Assembly: GCA_036172245.1 (NCBI GenBank)
Contig: JAYWIR010000013.1
Span: forward strand, 4,216,001-4,280,000
Source of the DNA: Raillietiella orientalis
Lineage: Eukaryota
Length of the DNA: 64,000 nt
Direction of reading: 5' to 3'
Numbering within the stretch: position 1 is the stretch's first letter; the number at the start of each line of letters is the position of its first letter. A program made the position numbers and the translations under genes. The notes under the pieces are model-generated. The model saw nothing but the letters and a program-made list of their open reading frames with translations. It was not told the origin of the DNA and made no database searches. Positions 37,450 to 49,576 of this stretch are shown piece after piece.

Positions 37450-38370
37450 CCCCTATCTCTCGGTGTCGATTCTTTCCGAGTATTCGAACCGGCGTCGCTC
37501 GGTGCCACTCCTTGCGGAGACCTCGGCGGCCACGTGGTCTCCGACGCGGGCTTCACCCTCCTCTGATTCCGTTTTCCTCAGAAACTCAATGGAAAGCCCA
37601 CTCGTGAAGAAAGGACCAAAAAAGAAGTCTTCCAGTGCTGTCTGGAACTTCTCTCTTCGATACTCAGGGAGCATTCTAAAACCTGCCAACTCGCTTCTCA
37701 GATAAACGAGGAGCACTCTTTCGTGTGCATCCACAGAGATGCTCATCATCCTCGATAGGATGCTTCTTCGAAGTGAAAGGGAAGACTCGTGCAAGAAAAT
37801 TCAACCGGCTCAGAGCTTGAAGAGGCTGGAGCAATGCGAATTCTTCGACTGCAGTTACGCAGGTGCAGAGAAGAACCAAAGAAAACCGGAAGAAAAAGGA
37901 CATCACTTGTCAGGGAGCCTTCCAATCCTGAATGAAGTGGGAGATCCCCAACGCCGCAACGGTGACTCCTCAGGTGACCCGGAGAGATGTCAGCGATGCA
38001 ACTCGTGCCAGCAATTCCGGAATTTTCGTCTCTGGAGCGCGCTCGTCACGTGGCACCTTAGATGGAAGATAAACGGCGCGAAGCAAAGGGAGTGTCCGCA
38101 TCCCGAAAAGACACATGCGGGGTCATTCCATCGATTTTGGAAACCAGCTCGTGGACTTCCGAAGACGAAGAATCAGCTTGTGATAAGTGTGACCGCCGAT
38201 GCATCCGGAGAAAGAGCTCAGGTTTGCTCGGATCCTGCTAAGGAGCAGATTCCAATTTCCTTTTTTTTTCTCTTTCCAGATTTCTTTGTTCCGTTTCTCA
38301 TCCGGTGAAGATCCTTGAATGCCCTTCCGGACCTGCACTGCGAGTACACGCAGGCAACGGAGATCCACTC
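37450..38370 (-). mobile_element. L1/Tx1-like ORF2 fragment (APE endonuclease end and linker)
   Basis: LSRLNFL (cf. SRLD), SVDAHERVLL (cf. SDH..V.L), then GFRMLPEYRREKF; the linker shares peptide similarity with copies near 57.5 and 58.6 kb. Confidence 0.4.
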
Positions 38371-38559
38371 ACACGAGGATGATGGAAAAACGATCCGAAG
38401 ACATTCTTCCCTCTTACAAAAAGGTTGCATCATAGTGCGAGAGTTCGGACCGTCACATCTGAATGCAGACGGAGAAGGAAAAGAGTCGAAGGAAATTTGG
38501 ACCCACAGGCACGTTTTCTCACGTTGGGTTCACTCTTCTGCTGAGCGGAATTCCGTCGC

Positions 38560-39770
38560 TTCCTGCGACCATACTTCCAGGAGGAAGCTACAAAATCTGA
38601 ACGCAGATGCTGTTTTGAAAGCAAAGAAGACGCGTGACTGAAAGCGAGCAGCAATTTTCCTCTTTCATCTATCAATCATCATCGAAGCATCCATGGGTTG
38701 AGTGCAGCTCGTAGTTCCCTTTGTAGCTCTGGTATTTTGGAGTGGGGCGAAGAAATTCTGGATCGAGATGCTCAAATCCGACTGCGGTGGACGTCAGAAA
38801 ATTCAATCCCATTCTTCAGGACTTTCAGGCGTACGCCGCGAACCATCATTCTGCAGAAGGATTTTTGAACAGAAGCGGAAAGGTCATCTGCGCTGGACTT
38901 CAGCTCCGTTGCGTGACCAAGACACGAGGGATGCACTTTTCTGTACTGTACGGATTTTTCTCTTGAAGTTCGGTCTGATGCGGGCATTTGATGCTGACCG
39001 CCTTTCCGAAGCACCTGGATGCTGGGTTCGTTTGGAGCGCACGTCCAAGTGTTCAGGAACTAAACAGTGACTTCCCTTGTATGAAACCGTGAAATTTGTC
39101 AGTGAATTGGTCAGTGAACTCATTCTTCTGCAGGATCCACCTCATCTCTTTCAGTTCTTTCAGATCGGTTTCGAAATCTGCCACTTCTTTCTCAGCTCCC
39201 ATGGTCTTGTGATGTTCCAGCAGGCTCGAACTTTGGCGAAAGAATGCATGCCGCTTCAAAACTGGGGATCCATCAAGCCAGTTCGACTCTGCAGGGAGAT
39301 CCTGACAGTTCTCTAGATGTACCGGAAAGGTACTGATTCCAGAGTACCTTACTTTATCAGAATCTTTGGTATAGTGTGATTGCCACGAGATTCGAGAATA
39401 TGGAAACGCCTCCCATAAAAGGTGCTGCTAAGATAGTCCTTTCTAAGGAACATGAATGCGCATCGCATACCTCCACCGGAAAAAGCGTTGGTGAAATAAA
39501 AGAGCTGGCACCCCTGAGTTACGAGACACCTGCATGCTCCTTGCATCATCAAAGTGAGGAGGTAGGCAGGCAGCGTTTAGTGACAAATCAACAAGAGGAG
39601 GTAAGGAAGGATTTCAGTGGAGTGGAGTCAAAGCGAAGAGAGGATGCTGACCATAGTTCTTCTAGCATGTTACCACGGAAAGATGCCCGAGGCGCATCGA
39701 TGTGCTTGACGATGACAAATCTGGCTAGTAAGAGAAAAGCTTGATGACGAATGTCAAGGAGAAAATACAA
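38560..39770 (-). mobile_element. Degraded hAT (Buster/SPIN, ZBED5/GTF2IRD2-type) transposase
   Basis: Ordered motifs: AFLLLARFV...NMLEEL; FDDARSMQVSRNSG (cf. DGA.SM.G..SG); HAFFRQSS...KEVADF...ELKEMRW...TDQF...IQGKSLF (cf. H...RW.S...EV..F...W...L.D.....LQGK); LSVTRLLCFQNSICVQ (dimerisation-domain-like). Confidence 0.55.
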
Positions 39771-42700
39771 TGATCACTAGAAAGGCACGAGCTGGAGACA
39801 GGCTAACCAAGGCACCATCCTCTTTTTTACCAGCAGTTTCCGTAGAAGTAAGAACCAAGGAGCGGATGCATAAGAACCCGTGAACTGATGTTCCGGCACA
39901 GAGCATCTCAAAGGGAATACTCTCTCCCTGCTCTATTTAGAAAAAATCATCATCTACATGCAATAGAGAAGAGTGAAAATGATTTCATGGCAGGAACAGA
40001 CAATACGGAGAAACTGACCGAATGAAAAGTTGAAGATCAAGAAATTCTTCTATAAGAAAAACAGAGCATTTGGTCTTCAAAGAAACATCGTTGCGATTTT
40101 TCGATTCATTCCAGGAAAGAAAGAAAGGTGCTCTTAAAATTTTCCACAAAATCATCCACTCGAAGTGTTCCACTTGCAGCGGGCTGTCGAAAAGAAAAGG
40201 GAAAGACATTAAAACCCAATTGAGGAACGATAGATAGGGACGGCATGCCCTCCGTTGTCACGAAAACATGAAACTGAGGTAAAGCACATTACCGTCGTTG
40301 CCCGAGCACCTTCCGTGATGGACATCTCCATGACAAACAAGGAGGCCGCTGCAATGCTTCCGTACCCCGGCAACCCGTTCATCTCGCTGCTTTCAGCCAC
40401 CAGAGCATAGCAAACTGACACGAAACCGAGGGGTCATTACTTAATGATGGCTAATCCTTTCCTGCATGATTTATTCGTGAACCACCGTATAAATTATGCA
40501 TCGGAAAAGGGGAACGAATGCTCGTTCCCTGGCAACGAGGTCCCTTGGGTTCACGCACAAGCAAATCCTGACCTCCAGGGAAGAGGAGTTCTGCAGTGGG
40601 ATTTCCTGCGGAGGTGTGAAACAACTCGGCAAGCTCAAAACAACAGTTTGATTGCCAGCTGTAAGCAGGCGTCCCAAACACCGAAGAACACAGGTGCGGG
40701 AAGACAAGAGGAAAACATAACACAGCGTACGTGAATTCTTCCTGTTAAACTGAATCTGCAAGCTGCACAGCTCTACGGGAAGTCGCCCAGAACCAGAAGG
40801 CACAGTTGGGGTCGAATCCCAACGACAACCAAACCAAAGGAAAGGTCAGTTCGGCCCCCTATCCCCCAGCCCCAGTCCGTTTTGGCAGCAGTGGGCTGCT
40901 GCCACTTGTTCTCCAACTGGTTGGGCGAGGCGAGAGCAGTCTGTCGAGAGAAGAGAGCAGGCAGGCAGGGAATTGCTGGTCCTGGTTTGGTATCTACTGA
41001 CTACTCCGCAGCCATGCCAACGCAAGCCTCCGTGCACCCGCATTCCAAATTCCTGTTCTAAACTCCAATCTCGATAGGTTTCCTTATAGCCAGTAGTGGC
41101 GCGGCTTTGCAAACCGAAGGCTCACCAAGGCGCACCACACCCTATGCTTCCTTCTGTTGCTCAACACGCAGATTGGAAGAAATACTCCTCCATTATTCGA
41201 CACGGAAATCACTACAGACTAATTCATCACCGATTCTCACTTGAGCAGGGCCATGAGCACGGCTCATACTTGGTTCTACGGAATGCATTTCGACTGTCTA
41301 CGAAACGCAAGCGTCCTCCCGAGAGTGTCCGCCGGGTTATAGCAGGAAAGTCGAGGAAGCATTCCCCACGTATTAGGAACGCTTTCAAATTTTGCCTTTT
41401 TTTTTTCCCCTCTAAAAAGAGGAACACATCATTTTGATGGACAGCTGTGCAACTGCGCACTCGTGTAAGCGGGAAAAGAGGCTCCTCCAGGTGACACCTC
41501 AGGGATGCCGCGGAAGTCTGCTGCACGGATCACGACAGCAGGAAGCTGCCGTCACGTGGAGCGGTCCCACGATTTTCACCCCACCCAACTTGCATCCGCG
41601 CACCGCGCGGAGAATAATAAAAGACGCGCACTGGGAACAGCCAAATCACGGAATGCCTTCAAACTCGGACCCCGGTCGAGGCTTTTCCTGAAATCGCCGG
41701 TACATCTATGACTAAGAGGAATTATGTGTGAAGGTCATTAAGAAACTCAATTCGGGGCTCGTCCGCAAAGCCAGGAGTCGAAATCCCGGCGCCTGCTGCC
41801 GCTGAGAAAACGCCGTCCATGGCACGCAGCAAATCCGTAATCGAGATCTGGATAAGCAGATCCGCAGATCGTGAAAGGGAATCGAGATCCTGCATCGGAA
41901 ACGGTCCTTGGATGATGGCCGCATGATCTGGACAGCCATCCGACGTACGACGCATCGATGGGGGGCTTCTCTGATGGTCAGCATTCCGTGTTCGCTGCGA
42001 TCCACGTTTGCGTAGAAAGAGCATCACGAATTTACAACGAGATCGCACGTACAGCTGAGTACTATGCAACAAGCGATACGTGTACTTGCACTGTTCCACA
42101 TGTACACAAGTACCACGAGCGTACCCGCTCGTTGCATGTAATTTTGCCACTGAATCGGGCACGCGAATGAGGTAGACTGAGTTGCGGTGCCATAAATCAA
42201 CTCTGGCTGCACAGCAGGAGATCTCTGCGCAGCCTGCGCACGTACGTGCACAGTGTACGGATCACGCATCCGCCGACCACAAAATTTATCATCGACGCAC
42301 TGACGATTCACACTTTACTTAAACGTTGCATATGGAGGGGAAAAAAAAATTAACTATGTAATGTAACTCACCGGTTGCAATTAACAGCACGAAAGCTGCT
42401 CTGCAGATGCTGCTTGAAGGAGAGCACATCATCTGCAAGGAGAAAATGGGAGATGAATGCTTAGCCAAAGGCACGAGACAAGTAGAAGCCTCCCCCCTCC
42501 CTTCCTCTCCCGGGAGAGTTTCAACTCTCCGATTTCCTTTGCCAAGATGGTCGGCCTTGGCAGGCATCTTCGCCAGGGACAGATCAATTCAACCCATTTA
42601 CATACTCAGATACAGCACGACTGGTTAAATTAGACCGCTACTCAGCAGACTTGCATGCACGATCGGCAGGATTCTCGGAGCAAGTTTCAAGGCTTCCGCA

Positions 42701-44649
42701 GAAACGATACATTCCCTAGCAACCAACTCGCATCTCCCTTTTGTCCCTATCGAACAAGGCGCACTTGAGGAAACCGTTCGAGAAGACTTGCCTCTCCAAA
42801 GAGGGGCTCCAGAACGAGCCCAGGGATTGCTTTTAGGGTGAGAATGAGGTGCACCTAGAAACCACGTGAGGAGAAGAACTGCTGGTGCAGGATGAGCCCC
42901 CCGTGACGTAAGGTTCCTCCGCCGAGGGATCCTGACGCGCGGCTCAAGATGACTGCGAGCAAGAAAATCGCGGCTCGAAAAGGAGCGGGAAATGATGGAT
43001 TGGAGGGAAGAGCGCGTGGGCAGATGACTTTTCCCTAGCCGGCTCTCGCCCCGCTGACTTCTCGAGCTTGAGCGATTCGAGCAGCTCGGAGATTTCGGGA
43101 ATCGATCCCGGAAAGAGGGTCATGCGTCGCATCCTGCATTTTCCGACCTGCGATCCCCCTGCCGTGACCACCACAACCGCGGGTGCACGCGCTCTGCTCC
43201 AAGAAACGCCGCCAGGACAGCGGCGAAGCTTTCCCGGCTGACGGCAGGGGTCCGCTATCCGGAAGGAATTCCCCTCCATTTTCCAGGCAGGAGCTGCAGC
43301 TCCCACCGGCAAAGGAAGTTAAGATGGAAGATGATGCTCCTGTGCGACAGCGGAGCGTTTGCTAGTCAGCGATCGCAATGGAGGAAAGATGACTTCCGGG
43401 TTTCCCTCGCTCCACGTTCGCCCCAAGGCGCGAAGTCGTATGCAGCAATCCCTCCGTTCAAACGGCTCCCCCCCTCGCAAATCCCGTCTGCATCTTCCTT
43501 CCAGGAGAGCTCACTGGAAGCACTCTCGCCTGTCGTTACGGTTTGCACTCTTTTTGTGCCGCTACTGCATGACTCCCCGCCGCGAAAACTACGATCCGGC
43601 TGACCTCTGATCTGACCGGCAAGCTGCTTTAGAAAAGCAGTCTCCGATCGTCCTGACGGCTGCACCCGTTTTCCTGACCTCCCAGGCGGTCGAAAGGCAG
43701 GCCAACGGATTCCTAGAAAGCACTCCGAGTTCAGGTCATCCTTCACTATGACAACGACGAACCCAAACAGCGATTTCTTGCTTGCAGGAGTTTGCGCGAA
43801 CACGCAGCTGTGTGCTCTGGCAAGTGCTTGGGTGAACTGACCCCTTTGGGCGGGGGGCTCGTCGGATCGAAACGTTCTGTATTTCTGTGTTCACGCGACA
43901 CGCAGTTGCGACCTCTGTGGACGGAACGCTTTTTCGCGTGCTCGATCGAGGTGCCACCGACTGACCACACAAAGTGCTCGTTCAAGTTACTGCTACCATT
44001 CTTCATTCACACGACATGAAATGAAAGATTTCCATTTTTCCCAAACACATGTTTTTTATTTCTGCTTCTATATTTGGCTAATGCATCATCTATAGTGCTT
44101 TTCGTATCTCCAGCATCAGACGACGATGAAAAGCACGGGATATTCTCTCAGTCTCACCGTCGTATCCTTCATTCGAATCCGAACTCTTCATCCATTTCAC
44201 CTCCGTCTTTTGTGATGATAATCCCTTCAGAATTATTCGACATTTTTAGGGCATCACAAAGATGAAAAACAATAAGATAAATCCATGTAAATGACACACC
44301 CATAGTATTATGCTATCCCCGGTTTCTCAGGGAGGTGAGGCTCTGAGAATCCGAGAACAGTCAGCCGATATAAACAGAATTTTGTTCACTGCCATCGAAT
44401 TGTAAGGACGTGGGTGCAAGTGGCCATCTCAAACACGGATTACGTCGCGAGCGTAGGGAGAAAACATCTGCCAGACGCACACACGCGTCCACAGCACCCA
44501 AAGGGTTAAATGGGCACTTACACATGTGGGCACTCCCGCACAAGCAGCCTAGAAAAAAAATCCGAAGGGCGAACGGACCATCTACCGATGATTCTTTTCA
44601 AGATCAGTCTTCCACGGTTCCCTGTCGACTCGTGGAGCTGCTGACTTTG

Positions 44650-45060
44650 CGAACCCTTTCGAAAGACTTTCCCCGGTTCTATAAGAGCGGCCACTTGTTT
44701 CCAAATCCAAAAAGGATTCGCTTCCTCAGGAGATTTCGCTGTGGACCTGGAGGCTGGACCACCTCTGTTCCTGCAGATGGGATTGCCGTTTGAGTGGGAC
44801 TTGGATGGTGGATGCCTTTTACATTCCAGAGCTGCATTGCCAAACCTTTCTGAGCAGTCGTGCTCTGAAACCGATCCGTGGAGACTGTGGTCCAGCAATT
44901 GGCGCCAGTGCTTGGATTTGGCCTACGAGTGTCGTTCCGCCTGATGCTACTTCCGTTCATCAGCCTGAGGTCACGAAGACCCTTCCTTTCAGCATGTCCA
45001 TCGTTGGACTTTGGTGCAATACGGTGATGAGATGAATGCCTCCCTAGCGACAGGTTGCCA
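44650..45060 (+). mobile_element. Possible hAT C-terminal dimerisation-domain remnant
   Basis: DLEAGPPLFLQMGL (cf. D.E.AP..LQMEL) then WRLW...CLDLA...YFRSS..HE (cf. FW...P.LA...F.ST..CE). Confidence 0.3.
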
Positions 45061-45766
45061 TCAGAGGCAGTATCGTTGGACTGCTACCCCTTTCAATCAT
45101 CGAACATGCGAGTACGAATGGCAATGACCGTAGTGCTTATTTTTGGTTTTTGCGTGCTTTGCATGGCGTCGTTTCCTTTCGGACCTGTGGCAAACCCCAG
45201 GTCAGCGAACCGAGTGGAACATCCTCCAGATGAACCACAAGAAAAGTGATCTGGAGTGATCACTGCAGAGAGGGCTCAGTTGAAAAAGTAAAAGACGCCA
45301 TCCGAGCCTTCGTGCCAGCCATGTGATGCGACCGGTGATGCTTACGAGCCGAGTCAGAGTGGACGCGTGGAAAATTGCGAAGAGCTCAGTCCGCTTATCC
45401 CGAGTGGTCCGATTTCCATCGAAACCATCTCGATGTGTTCGTTCTTTCGTCCGCGCCCATCTTCTATTCGATTCTTCTCATGCAGCTCGTTTTCCGGCAC
45501 CTCGAGCCCACAGAAATCTTCCAAGGTCCAGGAGACCTTCCAGATGGCCACTGGAGAATCGCCCTTCAGCCGACACCCCTCTTTGCCGATTCGCCGTTCT
45601 TCCCCTCCCCTCTCCTCCTTCAGGTTCCTTCGGCTGCTTGGCCATGTTTAGGTGTTGGAGCTTCCGCTGTAAGTGTTTCTTGCAGAAATCCCTCAGTCCG
45701 CCGGTAGGGATTTTCGGAAGAACTTTTCCATCAGGATTAGATGGAACGCACGTGTTTTGGGGTAAC

Positions 45767-45798
45767 TCTATTGATCGTAAACACACATCGTCGCACAC
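45767..45798 (+). repeat. 32-bp dispersed repeat, copy 2
   Basis: Identical to 36135-36166; flanks are unrelated. Confidence 0.97.
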
Positions 45799-46721
45799 TG
45801 TTGAGAGTCATCTTCTTGAATGGAGTCGGCATTTCTCCCAGCGCAATCTGAAACTTTAAGAGTTCGGCATTCGAGTGTTTCGACACTTCAGCGACTACTT
45901 CCAAGAAATTCTCTGGAGCATCGACAAATTTTGGGAGTCGTAAAAAGTCTTAAAAAGCGCTCGGGCTTCCGTCTGGCAGTCTTCGTCATCCGATTCCCGT
46001 TTCGGCTACGAGGGGGAGCACTCCCGAAGACTGGATGACCCGAGTGTCGAAAACGGGCTGGATCCACAAGGACTCTTAGCCGATGTCCGAGACATCAGAC
46101 CCTCCGGTAGCTGCCATATGCTTGGTAATGGTGCTTCGAGAATCGAGTGACCTTGCGATGTGGGTTGATGACTTGGCCAGTTTCATGGACGGTTGCTGAA
46201 GCACTGGAGAAAATTAGCTTCAGGTTCAATCATCTCTTGTTGTCGGCGTTCAGTTCCTCCGTTGATGAATTTCGTCGTAAATCTGCAGGAATTCCAGCAT
46301 CACTAGACGACTGATTTCTGGCTCCTGTTTCACTCAGTGCATGGCCAGGCCGTTAGTAGGTGGATGACATGGATAATGGGGTGAAATCCGGCAGAGTCAG
46401 ACAGTTAGGATTTCCGGAAGTGCATTCCCTAAGGCGGAGTGATGTTCTTTGCTGCTTCCGTCGCGAATTCCGGCTTCCTCTGAGCCAATTGCAAAAGAAG
46501 CTTCCCTTCGCTTCAGTAACGCATCCGACGTGTCAATTTGTACTCTGGAAGCCAATCGCAGATGAGGTCAGTTTCGAGTCATTCCGTGCGTCCTCAACAT
46601 CCGGTTCCTACGATCCAACTACGCACGAGACGCCATTTTCCCTGCAGCAGCGAAACTGCGGTCGGGAATCACGTTGGATGCTCCGATAAGCACGCCAGGG
46701 ATTGGCGACGCGATTCCTTTC

Positions 46722-46823
46722 ATGTGGAACGCTTCACGATTTTGCGTGTCATCTTTGAGAAGGGTCATGCTGATCTTCTCTGTATCGTTCCAATTTTAGT
46801 ACATGTACAGCTGAAGCCTGTGC
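46722..46823 (-). ncRNA. U6: U6 snRNA copy, near full length, probably a pseudogene or variant
   Basis: Minus strand reads GCACAGGCTTCAGCTGTACATGTACTAAAATTGGAACGATACAGAGAAGATCAGCATGACCCTTCTCAAAGATGACACGCAAAATCGTGAAGCGTTCCACAT. The ACAGAGA box and AGC triad are intact, the ISL is altered, and there is no oligo-T terminator. Confidence 0.93.
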
Positions 46824-49576
46824 GTGGTGTGTGGCTCCTGAAGGGACTCACCATCCCTCCCACAGCGAAGAACAGACTGTTCGAAAACAAAGAGACTTGG
46901 ACCGATGGACCCTGTTTTCCATGAATCAAATTCTTCGCGCCTTTTCGCTTCCAGGAAGCTTGCTTCCTGATTGGTGTTCATCTTGATTGTGGCAGCGGTT
47001 GGTGCCATTCCATCCGGGGCGCCCATCTTGAGCGTCTCTTGCCGTTGCCCTGGAAGCAGTCGTGCTGGCCTGACTGCCTAGTCCGCTATCTAACAGCCTC
47101 TGTTATCAGAGGGCGAAAGAATTTTGTCAATCCCTGCGTGATCACTGGCTCTCTTGGAAGATCTACCGTTCTTCCAGTTCCCGACGAGCATTCCGCACGA
47201 TTCTTCCTCTTCCTCTCTTCTTTGCAGCGTATCGAGACAAGATGGATCGCTTTCCCCGTAAACAGTGGTCAGCGTTTTTGCAGATCCTGAGACCTCGCAT
47301 CTTCCGATAGTCACTGTTTGAGATGCACATCCGTTTCCTTGGTTGCCCGCTGGCACGAGCCGCTTCAGTCGCCGGGGAAAACAGGTGGAGGATCAAAATA
47401 AGAAGAAGAGGGAAGAAGAGAAGTTTTTGGATCCGTTGCGATCTGCGGAATGCCTTGAAGAAAACCTGGTGGAAGGGGAAGTCCGGAAGATGGCGCGCGG
47501 TTGCGCCATCAATGCCGCGACGAGAAAAACTGATGGTCGCAACGATCGCAGCACTGTTGAGATGATGGAAACAACTCTGTCGGGTGCGGCGGAATTTTAA
47601 GGGTCGCAACCCAGCAGTGCTGGTGGAGAGTTCCACGAGGTAGAAGTCCCACCGCAGGGGGTGGAACAAAGTGTTGCAGGGTGGAGACACCATGGAGACA
47701 CGGATACGGCACAGCATTCGTACGTGCGAGAAATCGCGGAGGGGGGAGGGAGAATTGTGTGGAGATCTGGAGGCTGGAGCCAGAAGCACCCTGGTTGTCG
47801 ATGAAGTCTTACCCAATATCACGGGCTGGAGTGGCGGAAGAGGCTCTCAAGAGGGCGACCCAGGGGCACCAGGAAGTTGCCGGGAGGACCGGAGAAGCAC
47901 TAACCACTAATCCCGAGGGAACGGGGTGAAGCAAAGTGGGATTCGAGGTTTCTGTCCTGGCGAGACCGTTGCTGGCCCAGTGCCATGCCATGCAGCTCTC
48001 CCACTTTGCTAGAAGCCCATAGAGAACCTGATACGGAGCACATATCCGACGGCACGCGTCCCAGAGAGGGAGCGAAGGCCACTTTGGGCGGATGGGAAAG
48101 CGCCACTGGAATCTTTTGCCGGTTGCGGAAAGGGCGGGAACGAGTTCTGCTTGAGGGTGGGACCCTCTTTGGAGCCACGCGGATCTTCGATCCTCGAAGC
48201 GGAAGGAAGGATTTCCTCGGAAGATCCGCTGAGGGATGCTGCTGCGCGCTTATCCAGCAAGGAACGGACTCCGGCAGCGGAGACAGCCGTTCCGACTGCT
48301 TCGGGGCGGCCGAGTCCAGATGGAAACCTAGCGGTGGGGAAGCGTTTCCCTCAGGGGACGAAGAGAAGCACCTCGTCTCCAGCGCCAGGGTGACCGCACG
48401 GCAAGCGGCGGCACCGTCCACCCTCGAGGCAGACATCTCTGTGTGCTCGAGGCGCCGGAAACCGGCGCCGGCGCTGGGCGCTGGCGACGAGGTCGGAATC
48501 CTGCCCCGAGGGGTAGCCAAAGAGGAGGCTCCAGAGGGTGCCAAATCGGAAACCGGTAGCGAAATCGTCGCTGTTTTCAGCGTGCATCCACGGCGGACCG
48601 GTGCGTGCGCGCCCCGTCCGCAGGAAGCAGAGCACGGAAGGAACCTCTGCTCCCGGGTAGCGGTGACGTGATGCCCTGGTGGGCAGCGGCGCTGCCCCAT
48701 GTCGCTTACCGCGGGGGAAGGATCAGCCTTACGAGGAGCGCTTTCCCCGAAGATTGGCAAGGATGCAGAGTCTCCTGCCGGACCACGCCCGCCCATCCCG
48801 AAAGGCAAAGTCTCACACGGAAAGAAACCTTGCTTCCGGGAAGCCCTCGTTGCGGCCGGGAGAGAAGGTCAGGGCGCGAAAGGGGCGCCGCCTCCGTGCA
48901 TGCTTCGCGGTTGGAAAGTTGGCAGAGCCGCCGCCAGACGCGCACGGTCGCACCGTGACGTCACAGCAGGCGCCGAGCGGATGCCCTCGCGGGCATCCAC
49001 GCAGGAGGCGCATCCCCTCTCACACTGCTGCTGCCCTCTCCACGTAGAAGACCCCCACGAAGCGCGCGGTTACGCTCCGGGGAGCGACTCCCGCGGCGAG
49101 ACGGGCGATCCCGGCACGTCTCGGCCTCCGCGGGGTCGGAGCGCATCTCTTCCCGTAGCTCCACTTCGTCCGCAAGCGGAGCCGCGCGCGCCACTGGTTC
49201 GATCGATCGCCTTCCCTTGCTCCCGTCGAGGAGGCCCGCTCTTCACGCGAGGGACAGGGACGCCCACTAGAGGGTGCGCCGCAGAGGGGAAGAGACACGG
49301 GGGGTCTGTGAACGCAGAGGGACCACGAGGACCTCCACGGGAGGGAGAAACGGCTCGCCTTCCCCTCTCTCCCCTGTAGAACAACGCAGGCGACTCCCAG
49401 TCGGGCGTAGCAGCGTGCCGCGTAGGGCGGCGTAGCGGAGACAACTGCCGTGCGGGGAGGAGAGAAAAGCTCTCGGGATGGGCGCGAGGACCTCTCCCGC
49501 TGCTCTCGGCTCGGACATCCCTCGGGAGCGAAGATCCTTCCCTTCCCTTTCCCACTTCCTCCCTTTCCTCTCCATC

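Noticed and set aside
38900..39000. Rhabdovirus N-like KNPYS motif
   Set aside because: It lies within a stretch better explained by ordered hAT transposase motifs.
40210..40450. Possible degenerate 18S/28S rRNA fragment
   Set aside because: Only short scattered matches, with no run of conserved blocks as seen at 29 kb.
44030..44245. piggyBac-like acidic N-terminus (minus strand)
   Set aside because: Weak compositional resemblance only; no catalytic domain or TTAA-flanked TIR identified.
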